A stretch of DNA of 64,000 bases, from NCBI RefSeq assembly GCF_000143415.4, contig NW_003314263.1, forward strand, positions 3,854,451 through 3,918,450, read 5' to 3'. Source of the DNA: Selaginella moellendorffii (lineage: Eukaryota > Plantae > Lycopodiophyta). The notes beneath the pieces were generated by a model that searched no databases, was not told the origin of the DNA, and was given only the letters and a program-made list of their open reading frames with translations. The position numbers and the translations under genes are program-made. Positions 25,001 through 38,498 of this stretch are shown here, piece by piece (positions within the stretch are counted from its first letter, which is position 1; the number at the start of each line of letters is the position of its first letter).

Positions 25001-28000
25001 AGCTCCAGCTTCGGCCATTGTCACCCTGTTAACGTGGTTTGCTTCGGCAATCTGCGTAAGTAGACTGAGTGCCAAAGGTGGCGCACCAGGACGGCCTGGA
25101 TTTGGCTTGAGGAGCTCAACCAGAGCTGGTATAGCCTTGCGAGCAGTAGCACCGTATCTGATATCGTCGACTCTAAACAGTCTCTCCAAGGCAACCTGGT
25201 CGGGACTGGAAACCAGCAAAAACTCTTCCGAAAGTGTCACCAGATTTCCTGCCTCCACTTCTGCACTGCCGAGAAGAGAAATCAATCCCGGAACTGCTCC
25301 AGAGTTGGCTACAGCGAGTAGAGTTCCACGACTCCCGTGGCAGACGAGGCTTGCCAGTGCTTGCGCTGAGAAATATCTGTCCATGGTGTCCTCCGACTTG
25401 AGCAGCAGCGACAGCGCTGGAATAGCTCGAGACGTTGCCGGGGCACGGGAGACGTCCCGGTCGAGAAAAAGGATCGCGAGGAGCAAGGCACTGATCCAGT
25501 TATTTCCAGATTCCTCGACCTTTGCCTGCATGGAAGTAGCATCAGTCAGAAAACTGGAACTAAGTTTAAAACATACCTGTCGAGCGTTTGGAGCAAAGAT
25601 GGCGAGCTTCTCCGCAAGAACATCGATCGCTCCAGCCTCCATGATGGCAACTTTGCTGCCGCTGTCGTGAGTAGCGATCACGGAGAGAAGCCAGAGAGCA
25701 ACAGTCGTAGCTCCCAAGCCTCCGGGAGAGGCTGTTTCAAAATCACCATCTCCGGAGCTCCCTTGAAGCATGCCGACTAGAGTCTGGATCAGCAGTGAAG
25801 CGCATCCCGACTCGGCAAGAGCATCCATGGCTTTCTGACCGTGTTCCTTCGCGGCACATATGAGAAGAGCCGTTCCACCAATCTTAACTTCAACGTTGCT
25901 CGATCTGATGATCCGGTCTGCTAGAGAAGCTATGCACTTGTCAGTGTTTGCGATCAAGCCTCCCAAGATCGCAGCTTTGTCCTGGCAAAGTCTCGCCAGC
26001 ACCTCAATAACTTTCTCGCAAAGGACGGGTGATCCGATTGCAGCGCACGTAACCAGCGGGCCAAGGCTCTCGATCACACCCAGAAGTTGACGGCTATAAG
26101 ATGCATTCGTCTTGGACCTTGCCACCGCCGAGAGCGCGTCGAGAGCTTGGATCGTCTCCACTTGATCGAAGCTCACTCCAGTTAAGAGGTCCGCTAGAGC
26201 CACCATGGTGCCGCAGAAACTAATACTCTCCGCAAGCTTGTCGTCGATGGAATGCACCGCAAAGAGCCGAGCCAGTGCCGCAGCAGCGTCGTCTCTTCCA
26301 GCCTCACTGCCTTCTCGTAGAATCCGAGTGAAAGGATCTATCAAGTCTCCAAGCGGCACGTCCAAGGCAACCTCCTCGTCCACCAAGAGAAACGCGAGTG
26401 CTTTCACTGCTGCTTCAGCGGGAGCTAAGCTCGTCACCTTGGCCAGAGCAACCAGCGGTGTTATAGCGTCCACGGCAGCGTCTTTCACGTAGCCATGCTC
26501 TCGGATAGAAGAAAACAAGGCAGCCAGAGCTAGCGCCGCCTGAGCAGCAACGCTGATCGTCCCTGGCTCCTCCTCGTTGATGTTCCTGACGAGCTTGTTT
26601 AGAGGTCCGACGGCCTTTTGGACAAGAGGACTGTGATGCATGTCCTGGCGAAGAGCAAAGACCCTGGCTATCACCGAGGCAGCCTTTTCTTGCGTCTCCT
26701 TGCTGCTTGGAGACTCGAGTAAAGTCATGAGCGTGTCAAAGGCCTCGTATCCAGCAGCTCCTTCCTTGCCCATGTCTTGCTCCGCAACTACAGCGAGCAA
26801 GCAGCTCGTAACTTCCAGTACGTGCTGCTTCGAAGATGGTAAGTCCCCGACGAGCATGGCCGTAAGCTGGCTCAAAGTATCAGCGTCCGGTCGTCTCACA
26901 AGCTTAGTTATGGCACGAGCAGCGATCTCTTGTCCTTCGGGGCTAGCGTTCTTGAGCAGCCACAAAAGTGCTGCCTCCGCTTCGGCAGTCTCAACACAGG
27001 CACGGATATCTTCGCTGTGAGAGCACAGATTGCCGAGAACAATTGCCGAGTCTTCTTTCGCCTTTGGAGAGCCTGTTTCGAGAAGCTGGACGAGCGGTGG
27101 AATTCCTCCAGAGGCTGTGATGGCCCAGTTACTTTCATCGATTTGTCTCGAGAGAATGGAAAGCAGCGCCACTGCGTACTCTTGCTGCTGCTCGGAAGAA
27201 ACTCCAAGCAAGGATATCATGAACTGGACACCGTCCCGACCGCGGATAGACTCCCAAAGTCCGGCCTTCCCACTGCAAATGCTGCTGAGCGCTCGTATAA
27301 GCTCCACTCGGATCCATGGATCGGCCAACGTCGCTAAGCCGACAAGCATCTTCTTCGCCTCGGCATGCTCGAGATTGGACGCCAAGTACGTGTTGCTGTA
27401 CAAACTCGCCAGTGCCTCGATGACGTGCTCTTTGAGTAGTTCATCAACGTCTTGATGCTCCATCAGCTTCACCAGAAGCCTCTCCAGAGAGCTCGGATTG
27501 ACGACACAGCCGGAAGAATCCTTCTCTGCCGAGGAAGAGTCGATGACCATGAGAGCGTACGCTAGAGCGCCGACTGTGTCTGCACTGACTGCTCCAACTT
27601 GTTGCTGCTGGTTGAGCTCCTCGGCTAAACGCCCGACCACCGTCGTCATTCCTCCGAGAACGTTGGCCAGTGATCCCATCGCATTCTCCTGAAGCTGCTG
27701 GGCGAAAACTCCTTGCATGAACTCCTTGGAAGGAGCTACCACGGCCGTGATCAGTTCTCGTATCATCCCGCCACCATTTGTCTTTGTGATATACTGACGA
27801 GCTTCCGGTGAGTGCTGCGTGAGAGCACGAAGAGCTCCGGCGGCCTCGGCTCTCACTCCCGTCTCGTGTCCATTCTCAAGCAACTTAAACAGCTGATCGA
27901 GCGCTCCAGTCGTGGAGAAAACTTTGGGTCCGCTTGTTTCTACAGCGTCCATCAAGCTGGCCAGGATGGAAGCTGCATTGGCCTGTGCGTCCGAGTTTCC

Positions 28001-28795
28001 ACTCCCGAGAAGAGCTGCTAGAACCTGGATCCCCCCGGCGTCTAGAGTTGCCGACCAGAACCCCTCTACGACGTTGTTCTTGTTGCAAAGGTTGCGAAGA
28101 GCTCCGGTCAAGAGCCCCAGCACGCTAGTTTCCAGCTTGTTGCCCGGTTGGAATTGCTCCCACAGGCTTGGAACCACACCCTCGGTGGAAAAAATCTTGG
28201 CCCCAACGTGGTCGACAGTGGTGGTCACTGCAAAAATCGCTTTTGCTGCAGCACTGTGAGCGACTGTGGATCCAACCTTGAGCAGCGCGAGCAAAGGCGG
28301 AACGCATCCCCCCAGAAGAACTTTCATTCTCAGCTCCTCCTCCTTGCAAAGAAGGGCCATGACCGCCGCTACGTTGATCTTGGAACTGGTGGTACCTGTT
28401 CTCAGCAAATTCACCAGCAGTGGTATCGCTTGCGTGTGAGATGTGATCGCCTTCTTGGCATTTTGATCTCGCTCCTCCACGAGCACCAAAAGCTGCTTGG
28501 AGGCATTCTCTTTCTCCTGGGGGCTGAAGCTTGCTCCTCTCAGCTGCTCGATGCACAGTGCTACACTGGCCAGGACACCGTCCGGGTCCTCCATAGCCGA
28601 GTCCCTGGAAGGAAAACAAAGAAAAACCATCAATGTGGACAAGACTCCACCAAGAAGAGCTCAGATCTAAGCTTACCTCACAGCTCTGGTGCTCGTGACC
28701 GACCGTGGAGTCGCAGGCTCAACATGGCTCTTGAGAGACTTTGAAATTTGCTGCAAGGCTGGGCGAACAAGCCGCTCGTGCTCCTCGGACACCAT
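22061..28795 (-). CDS. CSI1: CELLULOSE SYNTHASE INTERACTIVE 1-like (ARM repeats + C-terminal C2 domain)
   Basis: [35 protein letters not shown], many ARM repeats, C2 domain [30 protein letters not shown], and terminal [10 protein letters not shown]. First exon (MVSEEH...EPATPRS) inferred at 28677-28795. Confidence 0.95.
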
Positions 28796-29345
28796 TCTGG
28801 AGCACGAGGGTCAGCTCGGCCGAGAGTGGATGCGAAAAACCGAGAATGCAGGCACAGATCCTAGCTACAAACCCACCTGGAGTTGGATCCGAGCGATCAA
28901 CCATGCAGCGCCAATGGATCTGGAGAGCCGACCCAATCAATTTGGACAAGGGGATTGTCCGAAGAGGCGAGCTTTACGGACCATTCCTGGAGGAGATTAG
29001 CTTTAGCTTAAGAAAAGGAAGAAAAAAAGAAGAGATATAAGTACCTCGTAGCTTGAAGAAGATGCTTGGCGACCACGTTGGTGAGGTGAGGCGGCCCATC
29101 ACTATCGTAAAACGAGTGACTACCAGCCAATGGTAGGTCCCCGACGCATAGAATGCGGTACCATATGAGATTTTCTTCCTCCAGCCTGGAAATCTCGGGC
29201 ACCCCGCTTGATCGAGCTTGAGTGGTCCTCTCCTCCATAGCTTCACCACCTTGGAGCTCCTGCTAGAGTTGGAGCCCATCTCACTTCCTTGATCTTTTCG
29301 TGGAGACCATTCTTCTCCGAGAACTCGATCGAGTCGGCTGTACCG

Positions 29346-31565
29346 CTACCAGTAGTCTTGACAGGAGCACTCGCCACTTGCAAAGTGATGGAACCGACGA
29401 GTGTCTCGAACGAGGATCTCCCGTCCCACGGTCTTGGAGATGAGCTTGACAGCGGCATGGCAGTCGGAGCAAATCCGGAGGTTGTTCACGACTCGAACGA
29501 TGGTGTCACTGCCACCGCGCATCAAACCGAAAGCTATGGCCATTCTCTCACTGTGTTGATGGAGGACGCCTTCCTTCTCAGCCTCCTCAACATCGTGCAT
29601 TACCACACTTGTGTCGGGGACGTAGCCAGCGCTCTTGATAAGCTCCTCGAGCCTTTTCATCTCGCTGTCGATCCCCTTGTGCTCTGGATGGAGGTGGAGT
29701 TTCCCGGCGACGAACTCGTGAATCGCGCCTTCCACTTCGATGAAGCTACAACCCCTTTGCCTCGACGTGATCATCCCCTTGGACCATTCCTCCGTAATCT
29801 CGTTCCTCACTCCTGTCATCTCCTCCCACTTCTTCGCTTGAGCGTATATGTTCGAGAGCATCACCAGTGGAGCGGCCGAGTTCTTGAGGTGCCAGGAGCC
29901 ACTGCCGCTGCTGCTGCTGCTCAAGAGCTTCTTCTTCTTCGCTGACAGAACGAAAGAAATTCTTGCTGCCCTCTTCACGTCTGTATGAACTTTGCAAGAA
30001 GCCAGCAAAGCCATCCACGGCACAAACTCGTCGGCTGGATTTGAGAACGCTGGCATGCGCTCTACCAATCTTTCAGCCGCATCTAACCAGCCTGCTCGTC
30101 CCAACATATCCACCATGCAGACGTAGTGATCCACACTCGGCTCCATCCCAAAATCTGCCCGGATGGAACCGAAGTGCCAAACGCCTGGCTTTACCATCCC
30201 TGCATGGCTGCATGCCGTAAGAATCGTCACAAAGGTGATCTCGTCCGGAAGAACCCCGTCAAGGCACGCAAGTTCAAAGAGCTGGAGCGCTCGCTTCGGA
30301 TGACCGTGCTGCGTGTATCCCCCCATCATCGAGTTCCACGCTATCATATTCCTGGCTTTCATCCCGTCGAAGACTTCCCTTGCCTCGACCAAGCTCCCAC
30401 ATTTGCAGTACATGTTGACGATCGCACCAGCGAGTGGAAGTTCGTCTCCAAAACCAGCAGCTACAATCTCTTTGTGGACCTGACGCCCGACTTTGAGAGC
30501 GCTCAAGCTGGAGCAAGCTTCCAGGACGCAGAGATAGGCGACGGGATCCATTTTCTTGCTCTCTTCCCGCTGGATCATCTCCTGGTAGAGCTCCACCCCT
30601 GCCTTGGCCTGCTCGTTGCTCGTGTAAGCTGCTATCATCGAAGCCCAGGACACGGCATTCCTAGCCGAGCGTTGCAGAGAATCAAAAACTCGCCTAGCAT
30701 CGCTCGGGCTCCCACATCTTCCATAAGTGTGGATCAAAGTATTCGCCACCACCAGCTTCTTGTCGAGCTCCAAGCCACCACTGGCAATAAACTCGTGGAT
30801 CACCCGAACTTGGCTGCGATCGCCCAAGTTCGAGCAAGCTCCCAACACCGCCAAGCAGCTGATCTCGTTTGGAGCCACATTTTCCGAGACCATTTCCCAG
30901 AAGATCTCCACTGCCTCGTTCCACTCTCCGTGCTCCGAGAGAGCTGTGATCATCGTCGTCCAGGAAACCACGTCTCTGACCACCATCTCTTGGAAGGAAG
31001 CTCTTGCCTCGCGGAGAGCTCCACACTTGCTATACATGTTGACAAGAGCATTGCCAATCACCACGTCTTTCTTGGCAGCGATCACTCGGCCATGGATGGA
31101 TCTCCCTCCAGCTAAATCCTTGATGCTGGCGCAAATCCCCAGCACAGCCGCGAGAGTCACCTCGTTCGCCTTGACACCCTCGCGTTCCATCTGCCGGAAC
31201 AGCACTAGAGCCTCCCTGTGATGCCCATTCTGGGCAAATGCCGAGATTACGATCGTCCAGGAGAACACATTCTTCGCAGCAATGCGATCGAACGCTGCCC
31301 AGGCTTGATCCAGTCCCCCGAATTTCCCATAAACCCTTACCAGATTGTTCCCGAGATAGGTGTCGGCATCCAGCCCCTGCGCGATCATCAGAGAATGCAG
31401 CTCCTCCACCGCCGCGAGGCATCGCGCATTCCTTAGCTCGCGAGAAAAATCCTCCGCGATCGATCGATCGCGAGTAGCAGCTCCAGCTCCACGCTCTCGG
31501 GAAATTTCCTGCGAGCACGAAGACCTAATCTTACGGAGCAATGTGGTGGCGCCACGTCGCACCAT
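29346..31565 (-). CDS. PLS-class PPR-DYW protein (organellar C-to-U RNA editing factor), 739 aa, single exon
   Basis: P-L-S repeats, E domains, and an intact deaminase signature HSE...CSDC ending in CSCQDYW. Confidence 0.95.
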   Translation of the reverse strand: MVRRGATTLLRKIRSSCSQEISRERGAGAATRDRSIAEDFSRELRNARCLAAVEELHSLMIAQGLDADTYLGNNLVRVYGKFGGLDQAWAAFDRIAAKNVFSWTIVISAFAQNGHHREALVLFRQMEREGVKANEVTLAAVLGICASIKDLAGGRSIHGRVIAAKKDVVIGNALVNMYSKCGALREARASFQEMVVRDVVSWTTMITALSEHGEWNEAVEIFWEMVSENVAPNEISCLAVLGACSNLGDRSQVRVIHEFIASGGLELDKKLVVANTLIHTYGRCGSPSDARRVFDSLQRSARNAVSWASMIAAYTSNEQAKAGVELYQEMIQREESKKMDPVAYLCVLEACSSLSALKVGRQVHKEIVAAGFGDELPLAGAIVNMYCKCGSLVEAREVFDGMKARNMIAWNSMMGGYTQHGHPKRALQLFELACLDGVLPDEITFVTILTACSHAGMVKPGVWHFGSIRADFGMEPSVDHYVCMVDMLGRAGWLDAAERLVERMPAFSNPADEFVPWMALLASCKVHTDVKRAARISFVLSAKKKKLLSSSSSGSGSWHLKNSAAPLVMLSNIYAQAKKWEEMTGVRNEITEEWSKGMITSRQRGCSFIEVEGAIHEFVAGKLHLHPEHKGIDSEMKRLEELIKSAGYVPDTSVVMHDVEEAEKEGVLHQHSERMAIAFGLMRGGSDTIVRVVNNLRICSDCHAAVKLISKTVGREILVRDTRRFHHFASGECSCQDYW

Positions 31566-31769
31566 CCACCAAACTGACGGCTGTGATATAAGGACGCATA
31601 TGTAGCAAGATCGGACCGTTCAAACGTGAACGGCTGCGATAAGACCGTCCTTTAAACCCTTAACATTCAAAAGAGTTCCAATTCTTCTCGGAGAGGATCA
31701 AAGGGACAGGTCACCGCCCCCGCGATAGCCGCTCGATCGATCGATCCATCGATCCATCGATCCATCGCA

Positions 31770-33326
31770 ATGGCGCACTATCCAATCCTCAATCTGGGCC
31801 TTCTTGGAAAGCTTAAAATCCATTTCATCCTCGCGCTCGTCCAGGTCGGCTACGCAGGATTCCAGCTCCTCACGAAGATCGCCTTCGAGCAAGGATTGAA
31901 CAAGACGACCTATCCGGTCTATCGGAATGTCATCGGATTTGCGGTGATCCTCCCTTTTGCCGCCTTCTTGGAGAGGTAAATTTCACTCCTGCCAGGGTCA
32001 AATTCGTAAGATTTCGCGATTTTTGACAGGAAGGAGAGGCCGCAGCTCCGATTCACGCATTTGATCCATTTCTTCTTCCTGGGAAGCACAGCGTAAGCTC
32101 GATCTTGCTTGATCGAAATATTGTTGTTGGATTGGATCCATCCTCTCTCTTATGTGTTGTATGACAGCGTTGCTCTTGGCCAGGGATTGTTCCTTTATGG
32201 ACTAGCCGACACAACTCCCACGTTTGCTTCCGCGTTCCAAAATTCCATCCCAGCTCTTACCTTCGTTATGGCAGCGATCTCCGGGTAAGCAACGAAAGAT
32301 GATTGATCCAATCTATTCTTTTTCTTTCTTTGCTTGAACATCTCGCTTCTTCCAGCGTTGAAGACGCCAATCTATCGCGAAGAGATGGTCAGGCCAAGCT
32401 CTTCGGCGCAATCTGTGCAGGAGCTGGAGCTACCTTGATGACTGCTTACAAAGGCCCTCTTCTTTTCAACCATCTTCACCATAGCGCTGCCAACACAGAA
32501 GCAGCGAAATCGATCCAAGCAACACCGATTCTCACCTTGAGTGTCTGGCGACTGGGATCGCTTTACCTTCTTATTAGCTGCCTGGCATTCGGCGTGTTCT
32601 ACGTACTACAGGTACGAGCTCATTCCTACACCTGTTTATCAATGCTTATTTTATTTCTTCTCCCAGGCCAGGACGCTCAGAATGTATCCAGCCAGATACT
32701 CGACAGTATGTTTCACCAATTTCTTTGGAGCGATTCAACTCTCGGTCTTCGCGGTGGCAAGCCAGCCATCGCTCTCGATCTGGAAGATCACCCCAGGAAT
32801 TCAGCTCACGAGTGTTCTTTACGCGGTAACTTTATACCTTTCTCGATCATCTAGCGGAATCGAGCTTACAGAAACTATTCTTTCCAGGGATTTGTGGCAT
32901 CGGGGCTAGTTTTCTCCGCTCAAGCGTGGTGTATGCAACAGGCAGGGCCCGTCATAGTGTCGGCGTATCAGCCTCTCCAGACAGTAGTGGTGGGATTCGT
33001 AGCGCTGGTTTTCCTGGGCGAGCCCTTTTACTTGGGGAGGTGAGTTGTCAATGCCAGCGGCATACGTCTGGTTTAAAGAATTTGTCACTGACTGGAAAAC
33101 TTGCAACTTGCGCAGTTTGCTCGGCGCGATCCTCATCATTTGTGGACTATACATGGTGACCTGGGGCCAAGAACAGCAACAGGAGCACGTCACGCGATTG
33201 CAGCGTCGGCAGAGTGACATCGGTGAGAGTGATCCAAGCAAAATGGAGGAGGGCTCTTTGCTACACCGCCCACTGCTACACGACGAAGAGAAGCCGCAAG
33301 AGCAACGTAACAGCGGATCAATCTAG
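31770..33326 (+). CDS. WAT1-related / UMAMIT (MtN21, EamA) transporter, multi-exon
   Basis: LALVQVGYAGFQLLTKIAF...YPVYRNVIGFAVILPFAAFLER, TFASAFQNSIPALTF, GPVIVSAYQPLQT and LLGAILIICGLYMVTWG. Confidence 0.9.
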
Positions 33327-34246
33327 AGGACGAGACAAAGGAAACCACGCACGCCTCTCCAATCCTGTCATCGAACTATACGCGCAAGATCGTAGAAAGT
33401 TTATACAAATTCGATTGTAAGTTTTCCGGGAGCTTTACGTGATTCTTCCGTGAACTTCGGCCGGAAGAACAGGGAATGATATTGAATTACTTTCCAGGCA
33501 CACCACTTTGTGCTTAGAGTTGGCGGCCCTACTGCAACCGGTTTCCAGTTGTCGAGCACACATCGTGCTTCAATATTGTGCTTCAACTTGTTGATTTGAT
33601 GCGCTTCTGCCGACTTGACAGAATCGCCCAATACGATACGGGTCATATCTTCAAAAACCTCACGTTCTCCTCGCTAAAAGAAGCTGAAACGTATGCCTCA
33701 AACAATCTGCCAGCCTTGAGTTCAAGCCGCCAAGCGTCAAGCCCTCGTTTTCTTCGTGGCCGAGTGCTCTCTCAAACGCCTCGACATTTTACGCAAAGGA
33801 TCGAGAACAAGAACGAGCAAAGGTGATGTTTACCTCGGAAAGCTTCCTGGTCAATTTCCACGTCAAAACTGTTGTTTTGTGGCCACCAAAGACGTACTTC
33901 GTTGAATGACGATGACTTTAATGAGGAGCTTGAGTTTGTGTACTCTACTTCAGACTCCCAGGAGTGTTCTGGCTGAAATTGTACAGTTGAAGATTATGAA
34001 ACACGGTCGAAGAGATTTGCCATGTCTTTTCTCGTAGAAGAGCTCTACATTTCTACATTAAAGGTGAGAGGCACTTATCATTGATCAATTATACGCTAAA
34101 CCCAATGTATATCTGACCTTTTGCTTTCAATCTGGAGGATGAGACAAAGAAAACCATCGCAAGAGAAGCAGGGACAAAAAAACCCTTTGACTTGGGGGAA
34201 AAAGAATTTCTTCTAATTTTGATTTTAAGACAGAGTTTTTGTTAAT

Positions 34247-34320
34247 GGTTTCATGGTGTAGTTGGTCATCACGTCAGTCTAACACACTGAAGGTCTCCAG
34301 TTCGAACCTGGATGAAGCCA
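34247..34320 (+). tRNA. tRNA-Val (AAC)
   Basis: Cloverleaf: acceptor GGTTTCA/TGAAGCC, anticodon arm TCAGT-CTAACAC-ACTGA, T arm TCCAG-TTCGAAC-CTGGA. A T-run terminator follows. Confidence 0.95.
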
Positions 34321-34467
34321 AATTATTTTTTTCTTTCAAAGATTTTGTGACAGTTATTTCTTTGTTTTATACCAGAACACTTTAGTGATTTCGCAAGATG
34401 TGAGTCTCAGGAATGAATGATATCAAATTACTTTGATTTGACGATTATTCCGTGAACTCCGGCGAGA

Positions 34468-35406
34468 TCACCGGAAGAACACAGTGGCCGATCGCATTCT
34501 ACCAGTGCCCAGCAGCTCCAATCGATCCTCGTACACATCCACGCGGCCAAACGAATTCTCCCCGGGCGGGCACTCGAGCACGGCCTCGAGGACGCGGTGA
34601 TGAATCCCTTTCTCGTCCACTCCCTCGCCCCCATCGTGCTTGTGCCCAGCCAAGCTCGCCACCACGCAGCGATCGTAGCGATGGATCACGCGCAATACCT
34701 CCTCGGCATTCCACAGCAGCGTGTCGTCGTAGGTGGATTCGCGGAGAATTGGGATGTGGCAGGCGATGATCACTCGCTCGTTGCGATCCTCGGCCTCGCG
34801 GAGCTTCCGATCGAGCCACTGGAGCTGGGCATCGCCAATGCCGCCGTTGAAAGCCACGAATCGCTGCTGCTCGGGCGCCATTCCCAGGGGGCTGTTCTTG
34901 TCCACATTAGGGTTCTTGGCATCCAGTAGCGCCATAGCCAGCGAGGAGTGATCCCTCGATGATCCGCCCAGCACGCTCACATCGTAGCTATCCAGGACGA
35001 TGAATCGAAATCCCGGGTGGGGGACGAAATCGTAGTAGAAGGATCCATCAATGCGGAGGATTTCCTGGAGCTGGCCGCGCGAGAGATTGTAGAGGCAGTG
35101 ATTGCCGATGGTGTGGTAGACGTGGCCGTGCCGGAATCGATCGAATGCTGCCACGATCTCGCGCGCTGCCGCGGGAGCTTGATCGCGGGGGCAGCGCCCG
35201 TCGATGAGATCCCCGAGCTGGATGACGAAGGAGAGATCGCTGCCCTGATCGTTCCAGATCGCGATTGCCTCGTTGAGCGCGGCGAGGCTGCCGCGGTAGA
35301 ATCGCGGCACGCCATGGAAGGAACGCCCGTCGGGAACGTCCGCGTACTGGACATCAGTGATCACTCCGAAAGAAAAGAGGGGCCGCGAGGAATGAAGATC
35401 TTTCAT
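34468..35406 (-). CDS. ADPRM: Mn2+-dependent ADP-ribose/CDP-alcohol diphosphatase (calcineurin-like metallophosphoesterase)
   Basis: FSFGVITDVQYAD, QLGDLIDG, IGNHCLYNL, RFVAFNGGIG and LAGHKH motifs; single exon, 312 aa. Confidence 0.92.
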   Translation of the reverse strand: MKDLHSSRPLFSFGVITDVQYADVPDGRSFHGVPRFYRGSLAALNEAIAIWNDQGSDLSFVIQLGDLIDGRCPRDQAPAAAREIVAAFDRFRHGHVYHTIGNHCLYNLSRGQLQEILRIDGSFYYDFVPHPGFRFIVLDSYDVSVLGGSSRDHSSLAMALLDAKNPNVDKNSPLGMAPEQQRFVAFNGGIGDAQLQWLDRKLREAEDRNERVIIACHIPILRESTYDDTLLWNAEEVLRVIHRYDRCVVASLAGHKHDGGEGVDEKGIHHRVLEAVLECPPGENSFGRVDVYEDRLELLGTGRMRSATVFFR

Positions 35407-35509
35407 TGCCCACGAACCCTAGATCTAGCCCATTCCCCAAGAACCCTAAAATCAGAAGAGAACTAGAACTAGAACACAAAATCTCGATTGACAGTCTCCA
35501 GGCTTTGAA

Positions 35510-36112
<603 letters not shown>

Positions 36113-36313
36113 CGCTCCGCCCTTCTTTCTGTCGCCGCCCAGAGTTTTAGGGTTTTCAAGATTTAGGGTTCTTAGGGTATTAGGGCTATCAAAACCGACG
36201 GTGGAGATCTGTTGCAAGCTTAAAAATGTAAAAAATGTACATCTGTAATGGTTAGGGTTAGGTTTAAATTTCCAGGGCGGCTAGGGTTTTAGGGTTGTGG
36301 GGAAGCCGCAAAG
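36113..36313. promoter_or_regulatory. Bidirectional RPL23/RPL35 promoter with telo-boxes
   Basis: 201-bp ATG-to-ATG spacer. TAGGGTTT (AAACCCTA on the other strand) occurs at 36148-36155 and 36282-36289, with several further TTAGGGT variants. Confidence 0.7.
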
Positions 36314-36861
36314 ATGGGTACGTTCTTTCTCGCGATCTCGCTCTGGTTCGATCGATTTCCTTTGTTTCTCAGCAGGGAAGATCAAGGTGCACGAGCTGCG
36401 CACGAAATCTAAGCAGGACTTGCTCGTCCAGCTCAAGGAGCTCAAATCCGAGCTCGCTTTGCTGCGCGTGGCCAAAGTCACTGGAGGCGCCCCCAACAAG
36501 CTCTCCAAAATGTGAGATTTTCGAGTGTTCCCTCACGATTTTGATTTTCACTTCGGTGTTTCGTTTCTCCAGCAAGGTCGTGAGGCTCTCGATCGCGCGC
36601 GTTCTCACAGTAATCTCCCAAACCCAGAAGGCCAAGCTGAGAGAGGCCTACAAGAACAAGAAGTACATGCCTCTGGATCTTCGTCCCAAGAAGACCCGAG
36701 CGATCAGGCGACGCTTGACAAAACATCAGGTAAACAATTTTCCATTGTAGAGGTGGTGGCAGCTTTAAAACTTTCTTTCTTCGCAGCTTTCCCTCAAGAC
36801 GGAGAAGCAAAAGAAGAAGGAGGCTTACTTCCCGATGAGAAAGTACGCTGTGAGGGCGTGA
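36314..36861 (+). CDS. RPL35: 60S ribosomal protein L35 (uL29), copy 1, 4 exons
   Basis: MG|[45 protein letters not shown]...[22 protein letters not shown]...[10 protein letters not shown]. Confidence 0.97.
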
Positions 36862-37293
36862 GGAGAGACGCAAGCAGCGTGAGATGGATCTTCTTTCTTG
36901 TTTTCGAACGCGCTAACTAATGCAAGAGGAAAATTTTTCTTTGCAGTGTCTTTGGCTTTGGTCATTTTAGATTGCTTTAGATGATTTATTAAGAACCGCA
37001 GTTTCTTTTTTTGCTACCACTCGGCCATAACGGCCGAAGAACACGGAGAAAATGATCTTAGAAGTTGCAAATATTCTCAAGAATATTCTTTATCTTTAGA
37101 ATATTCATTAGAACGATCGCGAGATTCGTGAGCATGGTTGCAACCAACAATGTTTACGCTTGGATAAATTTGGGCTGGAAAGATTTTATACTCCTACTAA
37201 ACGCGAGGCAAGAGAGGCGTAAATCTATCTATCCTATTGTAAAGTATAAATTGCTAGCGTGCGTGTGTGAGTGTCCGTCCCTGTGTCTCTGTG

Positions 37294-38498
37294 CTACAAG
37301 TGAATCACAGGCTCCAAGAACTTGTCCATCTTCCAGTTTGATGGATAGCTCGCGATCTGCGACTCGAGATGGAGATGCCACACCATGATCTTGGAGCAGC
37401 CGCTGGGAAGTCCTTCCATTTGATTCTCATCCTCCACGAGCTGCTCGATGAAAGTCGTCTCCTGATTTTTCCAGAGTGAAATGGTGTGAAGAAACGTTTC
37501 AAAGGATGATTTACCTGGAATCCTTCCTTGACAGTGTCGAGCTGACGAACTGGTTGCGTTGTTGGTCGCTTCCACCTCCTGGGATCCCAGAGAATGGTGC
37601 TGTTGAATCCAAACCCGGACATGTCGACGTGAAATCTTCGCAATCGCTTGCTCTTCTCGTTGGTGTGCCAGCCCGTCACCTTGTGGCCATCGCAAACGGG
37701 GCCCTCCAGGATGGTCTTGGATTTGCTGTGAGCCAGCATCGCCACTGGCCAAGTGCCAAATCTCCTGGAAAAAACCATCAAGAACACAGGAAAAAAGAGC
37801 TTTAGATCATGACAATAGAAGCAATGAAAGATAGAAACGTACTTGATCTCACGCAGTTGGTCGAAGAGTTCCAGCGAGTAGAAGTTGTCATCGTCCGCGA
37901 AGTAGACGATTCCATCCAGCTGATGCCTCTCGATATGCTGGAGCGCCAAGTTTCGTTGTTGGGTGCCTCGATCTTTGACGTTGGTGAGGTTTTTCTCGCA
38001 AGCCAAGTGCCTGTACATGACCCCAGTCTTCCTGAGGAGCGACGCGGTCTCCAAGGATTGCCCCGGCATCTCCACGACGATCCACAAGAGCGGCGGATCC
38101 ACGAGCTTGAGAGTGTGCGCCAATCGCGTTAAATACATCGCCTGGAATGGCCGTGTATACGTTGGCGTGACGATGATGAGAAGCTTCTTTGGATCCTGGA
38201 GTGGCATTCTTCCCTCGCCCGGATGTCTCGAGGAATTCGCGGAGATTTCCAGCGGCGAGGACGAATCCAGAACCACAACCTGTTCTTCCGTCGCGATTCT
38301 CTTGGCGGCCGTGAAAGATTCTCGCGGCCGCTGCTGCTCGCGAGCGCCGCCGCCGCCGCTACTGAGAGGCGTGAGGCCGATTCCAAATCCCACGAAGAAG
38401 CACAGCACGAAGTGGAAGAAGGGCTTCCGTAATATCTGCATCCTGGCCTTGGATCTGTCCAGGCCTTGCCGCGCCGACGCCATCTTCATCCAAGACAT
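37294..38498 (-). CDS. IRX9L: GT43 beta-1,4-xylosyltransferase, IRX9/IRX9L-like
   Basis: Type II TM segment; [53 protein letters not shown] and IMVWHLHLE; two introns. Confidence 0.9.

Noticed and set aside
28974-29340. Small ORFs between PPR-DYW and CSI1
   Set aside because: No recognisable motif; plausibly PPR 3' UTR or CSI1 upstream sequence.
22945-31518. Many long antisense and alternate-frame ORFs (e.g. 30126-31115, 24987-25670, 29289-29945)
   Set aside because: Shadow ORFs of the GC-rich CSI1 and PPR coding sequences, with no independent motifs.
33400-34070. Coding-like fragments before tRNA-Val
   Set aside because: Stop-interrupted, with no diagnostic motif.
36113-36300. Interstitial telomere remnant
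   Set aside because: Scattered single units in a ribosomal-protein promoter fit telo-boxes better.
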